IMG/VR virus record: IMGVR_UViG_2703718869_000017 | Direction: 5' to 3' (one strand) | From: a virus | Taxonomy: Duplodnaviria; Heunggongvirae; Uroviricota; Caudoviricetes | Length of the DNA stretch: 5,691 nt | In this document: piece by piece, positions 1 to 5,691 of the stretch | Layout of the letters: each line of letters opens with the position of its first letter | Position numbering within the stretch: position 1 is the first letter of the stretch | Position numbers and translations under genes: made by a program | The notes under the pieces: generated by a model | The model's input: the letters and a program-made list of their open reading frames with translations, nothing else | What the model was told of the DNA's origin: nothing | Database searches by the model: none

Positions 1-469
1 TCTTATGAATGCCGCGATTGTCAACGGAATTAAGACGGCGGCAAACGGTATGTCCGGTGCGGGAGGATTTCTCGGCAGCATTGGTGACTGGCTGGGCGGG
101 GCGGTGGCCAATGCAAAAGGCGGCGTGTATACCTCGGCAAACCTGAGTGCGTACAGCAACAGTATTGTGGATACGCCCACGTACTTTGCCTTTGCAAAAG
201 GGGCCGGGCTGATGGGGGAGGCCGGACCTGAAGCCATTATGCCTCTGACGCGGGCGGCGGATGGCTCGCTGGGTGTGCGAGCGGTGGGCAGTATGAACGG
301 TAGTGCGGGTCTGGTGTATTCCCCGGTCTACCATATCGCCATTCAGAATGACGGGACTAATGGCCAGATAGGGCCGGAAGCTGCGGGCAGCCTTGTGCAG
401 CTGATTGACCAGCGGGTGCAGGCGGTGATGCTGTCCATGCGACGTGACGGAGGAATGCTGAGTGGCTGA
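1..469 (+). CDS. H: Tail tape measure protein, C-terminal fragment (lambda gpH-like); 5' end lies outside the window
   Basis: Open frame from the window edge (codon phase 2,5,8...) to TGA at 467-469; ends ...QAVMLSMRRDGGMLSG. Gly/Ala/Ser-rich C-terminal region typical of lambdoid tape measure proteins, sitting immediately upstream of M/L/K/I/J as in lambda. The stop overlaps the M start. Confidence 0.8.
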   Translation, partial: LMNAAIVNGIKTAANGMSGAGGFLGSIGDWLGGAVANAKGGVYTSANLSAYSNSIVDTPTYFAFAKGAGLMGEAGPEAIMPLTRAADGSLGVRAVGSMNGSAGLVYSPVYHIAIQNDGTNGQIGPEAAGSLVQLIDQRVQAVMLSMRRDGGMLSG

Positions 470-803
470 GATAAAAACGCTGCATCTGGTCCCGCGTGAA
501 GGGATGCAGGTGAGTGAGAAGCCGTCGGTGGTGAGGGTGCGGTTTGGTGACGGTTATGAACAGCGCCGCCCCACAGGGCTGAATCCTCAACTGAAGACGT
601 TTCAGGCGGTGTTCCGGGTGACGGATGAGTCAACCCGGCGCTGGCTGGAAGAGTTTTTATCGTGGCATGGTGGTTACCGTGCCTTTTTGTGGCGACCGCC
701 GAAACATAACCGGACGGTGAGGGTGGTATGCCGGGAGTGGAGCGTCACGGATAACGCCCGGTACAGTGATTTCAGCTGTACGATTGAGCAGGTGGTGAAC
801 TGA
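462..803 (+). CDS. M: Tail tip assembly protein M (minor tail protein M), 113 aa
   Basis: Translation contains ...PSVVRVRFGDGYEQRRPTGLNPQLKTF...EEFLSWHGGYRAFLWRPP...CTIEQVVN, which matches lambda gpM (109 aa) as I recall it (VRKVRFGDGYSQRAPAGLNANLKTY ... EFEQVVN). Probable GTG start at 462 preceded by GGAGGA at 449-454 with a 7-nt spacer; overlaps the H stop. Stop TGA 801-803 overlaps the L ATG (TGATG). Confidence 0.88.
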   Translation: MAEIKTLHLVPREGMQVSEKPSVVRVRFGDGYEQRRPTGLNPQLKTFQAVFRVTDESTRRWLEEFLSWHGGYRAFLWRPPKHNRTVRVVCREWSVTDNARYSDFSCTIEQVVN

Positions 804-1501
804 TGCAGGACATTCATGAAGAAAGTCTGAACGAGTCGGTTAAATCAGAGCAGTCACCGCGGGTGGTGCTCTGGGAAATTGACCTGACGGTGCAGGGCGG
901 TGAGCGGTATTTTTTCTGTAATGAGCTGAATGAAAAAGGGGAGCCGGTCACCTGGCAGGGGCGGCAATATCAGGTATACCCGATTGACGGCAGCGGTTTT
1001 GAGATGAACGGGAAGGGCAGCAGTGCCAGACCGTCGCTGACGGTGTCCAATCTTTTCGGCCTTGTCACCGGGATGGCGGAGGACCTGCAGAGCCTGGTGG
1101 GGGCCACGGTGGTCCGCCGCCGGGTGTATGCCCGTTTTCTGGATGCGGTGAATTTTGTGGCGGGCAATCCGGAAGCGGACCCGGAGCAGGAGCTGAGCGA
1201 CCGCTGGGTGGTGGAGCAGATGTCAGAGCTGACGGCCATGACAGCCTCGTTTGTGCTGGCAACACCGACGGAGACGGACGGAGCGCTGTTTCCCGGTCGC
1301 ATTATGCTGGCGAATACCTGTATGTGGACCTACCGCTCTGATGAGTGTGGTTACACGGGCGGGGCTGTGGCGGATGAGTTCGATAAACCCACCACCGATA
1401 TCCGTAAGGACAGATGCAGCAAGTGCATGCGCGGGTGTGAGATGCGCGGCATGGTGGCTAATTTTGGCGGTTTCCTTTCCATTAATAAACTTTCGCAGTA
1501 A
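803..1501 (+). CDS. L: Minor tail protein L (tail tip complex, Fe-S cluster protein), 232 aa
   Basis: 232 aa, the same length as lambda gpL. Near-colinear match by recollection: MQDIxxExLNE...VVLWEIDLT..GGERYFFCNE.NEKGEPVTWQGRQYQ.YPI.GSGFE.NGKG...FGGFLSINKLSQ. C-terminal cysteine cluster (Cys codons from 1319 to 1438) fits the reported [4Fe-4S] site of gpL. ATG at 803 in a TGATG overlap with M; GGTGGTG upstream. Confidence 0.93.
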   Translation: MQDIHEESLNESVKSEQSPRVVLWEIDLTVQGGERYFFCNELNEKGEPVTWQGRQYQVYPIDGSGFEMNGKGSSARPSLTVSNLFGLVTGMAEDLQSLVGATVVRRRVYARFLDAVNFVAGNPEADPEQELSDRWVVEQMSELTAMTASFVLATPTETDGALFPGRIMLANTCMWTYRSDECGYTGGAVADEFDKPTTDIRKDRCSKCMRGCEMRGMVANFGGFLSINKLSQ

Positions 1502-1511
1502 ATCCCGGTTT

Positions 1512-2255
1512 ATGACACAGACTGAATCAGCGATTCTGGCGCATGCCCGGCGGTGTGCGCCTGCGGAGTCGTGCGGCTTCGTGGTGAGAACGCCGGAGGG
1601 GGAGCGGTATATCCCTTGTGTGAATATCTCTGCAGAGCCGGAGGCGTATTTTCGTATTGCACCGGAAGACTGGCTGCGGGCAGAGATGCAGGGGGAGATT
1701 GTGGCACTGGTCCACAGCCATCCCGGTGGCCTGCCCTGGCTGAGCGAGGCCGACCGGCGGCTGCAGATAAAAAGTGCACTGTCCTGGTGGCTGGTCTGCC
1801 GGGGGGAAATTCATAAATTCCGCTGTGTGCCACATCTGACAGGACGGCGCTTTGAGCACGGGGTGACGGACTGTTACACCCTGTTCCGGGATGCATACCA
1901 TCTGGCGGGGATAACGCTGCCGGATTTTGTGCGTGAGGATGACTGGTGGCGCAACGGTCAGAACCTGTACCTGGACAATATGGAGGCCACCGGCTTTTGC
2001 CGGGTGTCCCTGTCCCGTGCACAGGCGGGCGATATCCTGCTGTGCTGCTTTGGCGCATCGGTGGCCAATCATGCCGCCATTTACTGCGGCAACGGTGAAC
2101 TGCTTCACCATCTGCCTGAACAACTGAGTAAACGGGAGAGGTATTCCGAAAAATGGCAACGACGAACGCATTCTGTCTGGCGTCACCGCCACTGGCACGC
2201 ATCTGCCTTCACGGGGATTTGCAACGATTTGGCCGCCGCCTCAGCCTGTACGTGA
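1512..2255 (+). CDS. K: Tail tip assembly protein K; N-terminal MPN/JAMM-like domain plus C-terminal NlpC/P60 (C40) peptidase-like domain, 247 aa from the first ATG
   Basis: MTQTESAILAHARRCAPAESCGFVV... matches lambda K-region translation as recalled. JAMM-type motif H-x-H-x7-S-x2-D (HSHPGGLPWLSEAD, nt 1713-1754) and NlpC/P60-type catalytic Cys context (GVTDCYTLF, Cys codon 1872-1874) are present. First ATG at 1512, 10 nt after the L stop, with no strong SD; an alternative internal ATG at 1686 would give 189 aa. Stop TGA 2253-2255. Confidence 0.85.
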   Translation: MTQTESAILAHARRCAPAESCGFVVRTPEGERYIPCVNISAEPEAYFRIAPEDWLRAEMQGEIVALVHSHPGGLPWLSEADRRLQIKSALSWWLVCRGEIHKFRCVPHLTGRRFEHGVTDCYTLFRDAYHLAGITLPDFVREDDWWRNGQNLYLDNMEATGFCRVSLSRAQAGDILLCCFGASVANHAAIYCGNGELLHHLPEQLSKRERYSEKWQRRTHSVWRHRHWHASAFTGICNDLAAASACT

Positions 2256-2833
2256 ACACGGCAGCGGAAGCCATCCGGGCGCTGTCGTTACAGGTGCCGG
2301 GATTCCGCCGTCAGATGAACGAAGGCTGGTACCAGATACGTATTCGCGGTGAGGACACGGCACCGGAGGCGGTGTACGCCCGTCTTCACGAACCTCTGGG
2401 TGAGGGGGCGGTCATCCATATTGTGCCGCGACTGGCCGGAGCCGGAAAGGGCGGACTGCAGATTGTGCTGGGGGCGGCAGCCATCGTGGGGTCGTTCTTC
2501 ACGGCCGGGGCATCAATGGCGTTATGGGGTTCAGCCCTGGCAGCCGGTGGTTTTTCTGCCACCACGATGCTGTTTTCACTGGGGGCCAGCATGATACTGG
2601 GTGGTGTGGCTCAGATGCTTGCCCCGAAGGCAAAAACACCGGATTACCGCGCAACGGATAACGGCAGACAGAACACGTACTTTTCCTCGCTGGATAACAT
2701 GATTGCCCAGGGGAACCCGATGCCGGTGCCTTACGGGGAAATGCTGGTTGGCTCCCGCCGTATATCCCAGGACATCAGTACCCGTGATGAAGGCGGTGAC
2801 GGGAAGGTGGTGGTTATCGGGCGGCAGGCATAA
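2153..2833 (+). CDS. I: Tail tip assembly protein I, 226 aa
   Basis: MATTNAF.LASP..ARICL.GDLQRFGRR......AAEAIRAL..Q.P.FR......GWYQ.RI.G.D...........HE.L..GAVIHIVPR.AGA..GG.QIVLGAAAI.GSFFTAGA ... GASM.LGGVAQMLAPKA.TP...TDNG.QNTYFSSLDNM.AQGN..PV.YGEM.VGSR..SQ.IST.DEG..G.VVVIGR matches lambda gpI by recollection. Starts inside the 3' end of K in a different frame (103-nt overlap, as in lambda). GGGAGAGG lies at 2134-2141. Stop TAA 2831-2833. Confidence 0.9.
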   Translation: MATTNAFCLASPPLARICLHGDLQRFGRRLSLYVNTAAEAIRALSLQVPGFRRQMNEGWYQIRIRGEDTAPEAVYARLHEPLGEGAVIHIVPRLAGAGKGGLQIVLGAAAIVGSFFTAGASMALWGSALAAGGFSATTMLFSLGASMILGGVAQMLAPKAKTPDYRATDNGRQNTYFSSLDNMIAQGNPMPVPYGEMLVGSRRISQDISTRDEGGDGKVVVIGRQA

Positions 2834-2870
2834 AAGCGAAAAAATCCCGCAGTGACCGAAGGCTGCGGGA
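2831..2870 (-). terminator. Candidate rho-independent terminator oriented for the minus strand, directly after the I stop codon
   Basis: Inverted repeat CCCGCAG (2846-2852) / CTGCGGG (2863-2869) with a 10-nt loop. Read on the minus strand the hairpin is followed by AUUUUUUCGCUUUUA (complement of 2831-2845) and its loop contains C-UUCG-G. On the + strand the hairpin is followed by AACAGAAAAUG, with no U-tract. Confidence 0.5.
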
Positions 2871-2886
2871 ACAGAAAATGAAGATT
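2871..2886. repeat. Left copy of a direct repeat (ACAGAAAATG + AAGAT)
   Basis: The 10-mer ACAGAAAATG at 2871-2880 is identical to 2961-2970; the following AAGAT also recurs after a 2-nt TG insertion in the right copy. Confidence 0.55.
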
Positions 2887-2960
2887 AACCACAGGGAGTT
2901 TTGTTTTTATTGGCCCGAAAAAACTGTAACGCCCGGGAATGATATCTGCCACGGGGGCGT

Positions 2961-2978
2961 ACAGAAAATGTGAAGATA
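2961..2978. repeat. Right copy of the direct repeat (ACAGAAAATG + TG + AAGAT)
   Basis: Identical 10-mer 90 bp downstream of the left copy. In this copy the ATG is immediately followed by TGA. Confidence 0.55.
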
Positions 2979-3003
2979 TTCAGAATTTTTATTCAGTCAT
3001 GAT

Positions 3004-3039
3004 ACAGGCATCCTCCGGGATGCCTGTTGTTTTTGTGCG
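3004..3039 (+). terminator. Candidate rho-independent terminator or attenuator hairpin on the + strand, ~30 nt upstream of the J start codon
   Basis: Perfect 10-bp inverted repeat ACAGGCATCC (3004-3013) / GGATGCCTGT (3018-3027) with 4-nt loop TCCG, followed by TGTTTTTGTG (3028-3037). On the minus strand the same hairpin is followed by AUCAUGACUG, with no U-tract. Confidence 0.5.
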
Positions 3040-3068
3040 TAACAGTTATCACAGTAAAGGGTGAGACA

Positions 3069-5691
3069 ATGGGCAAAGGTGGCGGCAGGGCGCACACGCC
3101 GGTTGAGGCAAAGGACAATCTTAAGTCCACGCAGATGATGAGCGTGATTGACGCCATCGGTGAGGGACCGGTGGAAGGTCCGGTGAAGGGGCTGCAGAGT
3201 ATCCTGGTGAACAAAACCCCGCTGACGGACACGGACGGTAATCCTGTGATAAACGGTGTGACTGCGGTCTGGCGTGCCGGGGAGCAGGAGCAGACACCAC
3301 CGGAAGGTTTTGAGTCCTCCGGAGCTGAAACCGCACTGGGCGTGGAAGTGACGAAGGCAAAGCCGGTGACGCGCACCATTACGTCCGCGAACATTGACCG
3401 CCTGCGGGTCACCTTCGGGGTGCAGTCACTGGTGGAGACCACCTCAAAGGGCGACCGTAATCCCTCTTCTGTCCGACTGCTGATTCAGTTGCAGCGTAAC
3501 GGTAACTGGGTGACGGAAAAGGATGTCACCATTAACGGCAAGACCACCTCACAGTACCTGGCGTCGGTGATTCTGGAGAATCTGCCTGAGCGGCCCTTTA
3601 ACATCCGGATGGTCCGGGAGACAGCGGACAGCACCACGGACCAGCTGCAGAATAAGACGCTCTGGTCGTCATACACCGAAATCATCGATGTGAAACAGTG
3701 CTACCCGAACACGGCCATTGTGGGGCTGCAGGTGGATGCGGAGCAGTTTGGCGGTCAGCAGATGACGGTGAACTACCATATCCGCGGTCGCATCATCCAG
3801 GTACCGTCAAACTATGACCCGGAAAAACGCACGTACAGCGGCATCTGGGACGGCAGCCTGAAACCGGCATACAGCAACAACCCTGCCTGGTGCCTGTGGG
3901 ACATGCTGACTCACCCGCGCTACGGCATGGGAAAACGTCTGGGGGCGGCAGACGTGGACAAATGGGCGCTGTATGCCATTGCGCAGTACTGCGACCAGAC
4001 GGTCCCGGATGGTTTCGGGGGCACAGAGCCGCGGATGACCTTTAATGCGTACCTGTCACAACAGCGTAAGGCGTGGGACGTTCTCAGTGATTTCTGCTCG
4101 GCGATGCGCTGTATGCCGGTATGGAACGGCCAGACGCTGACGTTCGTTCAGGACCGTCCGTCGGATGTGGTGTGGCCGTACACCAACAGCGATGTGGTGG
4201 TGGATGATAACGGCGTGGGGTTCCGCTACAGCTTCAGCGCCCTGAAGGACCGCCACACGGCGGTGGAGGTGAATTACACCGACCCGCAGAACGGCTGGCA
4301 GACCTCCACGGAACTGGTGGAAGACCCGGAAGCCATACTGCGCTACGGGCGCAACCTGCTGAAGATGGATGCGTTCGGTTGCACCAGTCGCGGTCAGGCC
4401 CACCGTGCCGGGCTGTGGGTGATAAAGACCGGACTGCTGAAGCAGACGGTGGATTTCACGCTCGGGTCACAGGGGCTGCGTCACACACCCGGTGACATTA
4501 TTGAAATCTGTGATAACGACTATGCCGGGACCATGACCGGCGGACGTATCCTGTCCATCGATGCCGCCAGCCGCACCCTGACACTGGACCGTGAGGTGAC
4601 CCTGCCGGAGACAGGTGCCGCCACGGTGAACCTGATTAACGGCAGCGGTAAGCCGGTGAGTGTGGACATCACCGCACACCCCGCGCCGGACCGGATACAG
4701 GTCAGTACCCTGCCGGATGGCGTGGAGACATACGGTGTGTGGGGACTCTCCCTGCCGTCACTGCGTCGTCGCCTGTTCCGCTGTGTCTCCATCCGGGAAA
4801 ACACGGACGGCACCTTTGCCATCACGGCAGTGCAGCACGTACCGGAAAAAGAAGCCATCGTGGATAACGGGGCGCACTTTGACGGCGACCAGAGCGGCAC
4901 CCTGAACAGCGTCATCCCGCCGGCAGTGCAGCACCTGACGGTGGAGGTGAGCGCGGCTGACGGCCAGTATCTGGCACAGGCGAAATGGGACACGCCGCGG
5001 GTGGTGAAGGGTGTGCGCTTCAGTCTGCGCCTGACCAGCGGAAGCGGAGAAGACAGACGTCTGGTGACCACCGCCATCACTGCGGATACAGAGCACCGTT
5101 TCAGTGGTCTGCCGCCCGGGGAATACACCCTGACAGTCAGGGCAATTAACAGTTATGGCCAGCAGGGCGAACCGGCCACCACCACGTTCAGGATTAATGC
5201 ACCTGCGGTACCCGCCACGATTGAGCTGACACCGGGCTATTTTCAGATAACAGCGGTCCCGCGTCTTGCGGTGTATGACCCGACGGTACAGTTTGAGTTC
5301 TGGTTTTCGGAGACAAAAATCGCAGACACATCTCAGGTGGAAACCTCTGCCCGTTATCTGGGGACCGGCAGTCAGTGGAGTGTATCCGGCCCGCACATTA
5401 AGCCCGGGAAGGATTTCTGGTTTTATGTGCGCAGCGTCAACCTGGTGGGGAAATCTGCTTTTGTGGAAGCCAGTGGCCGGGCCAGCAATGATGCAGAAGG
5501 GTATCTGGGGCTGTTTCGGGAAAAAATAGGAAAACTGCATCTGGCTCAGGGGCTGTGGGAGCTGATAGACAACAGCCAGCTTGCGGATGAGATGGCGGAG
5601 ATGAAGACCAGCATCACCGAAACCCGCAATGAAATCACACAGACGGTCAGTAAAACACTGGAGAACCAGAGCGCCACCATACAGCAGATAC
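3069..5691 (+). CDS. J: Host specificity protein J (central tail fibre / tip attachment protein), N-terminal ~874 codons; 3' end lies outside the window
   Basis: ATG at 3069 is the first ATG after an in-frame TGA at 3000-3002; AAGGGTGAG lies upstream. The frame stays open to the window end. Translation [39 protein letters not shown]...[15 protein letters not shown]...[33 protein letters not shown]...[24 protein letters not shown]...[16 protein letters not shown]...[38 protein letters not shown]... is colinear with lambda gpJ as recalled, including FN3-like repeats. Confidence 0.94.
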   Translation, partial: MGKGGGRAHTPVEAKDNLKSTQMMSVIDAIGEGPVEGPVKGLQSILVNKTPLTDTDGNPVINGVTAVWRAGEQEQTPPEGFESSGAETALGVEVTKAKPVTRTITSANIDRLRVTFGVQSLVETTSKGDRNPSSVRLLIQLQRNGNWVTEKDVTINGKTTSQYLASVILENLPERPFNIRMVRETADSTTDQLQNKTLWSSYTEIIDVKQCYPNTAIVGLQVDAEQFGGQQMTVNYHIRGRIIQVPSNYDPEKRTYSGIWDGSLKPAYSNNPAWCLWDMLTHPRYGMGKRLGAADVDKWALYAIAQYCDQTVPDGFGGTEPRMTFNAYLSQQRKAWDVLSDFCSAMRCMPVWNGQTLTFVQDRPSDVVWPYTNSDVVVDDNGVGFRYSFSALKDRHTAVEVNYTDPQNGWQTSTELVEDPEAILRYGRNLLKMDAFGCTSRGQAHRAGLWVIKTGLLKQTVDFTLGSQGLRHTPGDIIEICDNDYAGTMTGGRILSIDAASRTLTLDREVTLPETGAATVNLINGSGKPVSVDITAHPAPDRIQVSTLPDGVETYGVWGLSLPSLRRRLFRCVSIRENTDGTFAITAVQHVPEKEAIVDNGAHFDGDQSGTLNSVIPPAVQHLTVEVSAADGQYLAQAKWDTPRVVKGVRFSLRLTSGSGEDRRLVTTAITADTEHRFSGLPPGEYTLTVRAINSYGQQGEPATTTFRINAPAVPATIELTPGYFQITAVPRLAVYDPTVQFEFWFSETKIADTSQVETSARYLGTGSQWSVSGPHIKPGKDFWFYVRSVNLVGKSAFVEASGRASNDAEGYLGLFREKIGKLHLAQGLWELIDNSQLADEMAEMKTSITETRNEITQTVSKTLENQSATIQQI

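Noticed and set aside
343-1302. Minus-strand ORFs inside H, M and L (343-633, 357-590, 970-1302, 1065-1265)
   Set aside because: Antisense to conserved tail genes; Pro/Ser/Arg-rich translations typical of GC-rich antisense frames.
1510-2202. Minus-strand ORFs of 230 and 223 aa antisense to K
   Set aside because: They fully overlap the well-supported K gene on the opposite strand, and their translations are low-complexity with no recognisable family.
1251-2255. 334-aa + strand ORF in the track, spanning the 3' part of L and all of K
   Set aside because: Its first 87 codons (1251-1511) are an alternative frame across the end of L with no K-like sequence. The K homology begins at the ATG at 1512, directly after the L stop.
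2731-2952. 73-aa minus-strand ORF beginning in the I-J spacer
   Set aside because: It starts at a GTG, reads straight through the terminator hairpin at 2845-2870 and continues antisense into I. I found no RBS, so it is unlikely to be a real gene.
2878-2973. Type I toxin-antitoxin reading of the spacer (micro-ORF plus possible antisense RNA)
   Set aside because: Known type I toxins are short hydrophobic membrane peptides. This 31-aa peptide is hydrophilic with no transmembrane segment, so the architecture is suggestive but the peptide does not fit.
2993-3685. Minus-strand ORFs antisense to the J 5' region (2993-3442, 3121-3360, 3485-3685)
   Set aside because: They overlap the strongly supported J start and N-terminus on the opposite strand and show no independent signal.
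4056-4679. Minus-strand ORFs 4056-4403 (115 aa) and 4467-4679 (70 aa)
   Set aside because: Antisense to J; composition-driven artefacts.
1553-5529. Short + strand alternative-frame ORFs (1553-1816, 1927-2127, 2349-2594, 4660-4905, 5266-5529)
   Set aside because: They are embedded in K, I or J in off frames, with no start context or recognisable homology. The true K/I overlap is already accounted for.
4520-5540. Long minus-strand ORFs (4758-5540, 260 aa; 4520-5128, 202 aa)
   Set aside because: They lie entirely antisense to the conserved J frame. They have Arg/Pro/Cys-rich low-complexity translations typical of spurious open frames in GC-rich DNA, with no recognisable homology.
1-5691. Chi sites (GCTGGTGG or complement), tRNA, CRISPR repeats, IS termini
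   Set aside because: Scanning by eye found several near-matches such as CCTGGTGG but no exact Chi octamer on either strand, and no tRNA-like or array-like structure.

Overview
This window is the distal tail / tail-tip module of a lambda-like siphovirus, most likely a prophage in an enterobacterial genome. All genes are on the + strand in the canonical lambda order: the 3' end of the tape measure gene H, then M, L, K and I complete, then the first ~874 codons of host-specificity gene J, which runs off the 3' end. Genes are tightly packed, with an H/M overlap, an M/L TGATG stop-start overlap and a 103-nt K/I overlap. Identifications rest on my recollection of the lambda gpM, gpL, gpK, gpI and gpJ protein sequences matched by eye against the supplied ORF translations; no search or alignment was run. 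The one region the lambda tail model does not explain is the I-J spacer (2834-3068, 235 bp). It carries two strong terminator-like hairpins in opposite orientations, a 10-bp perfect direct repeat 90 bp apart and a 31-codon micro-ORF. I interpret it as a candidate moron-like insertion or small-RNA locus, unproven. I see no tRNA, rRNA, CRISPR array, IS element or integrase. The long minus-strand ORFs in the track are GC-rich antisense artefacts of the tail genes.
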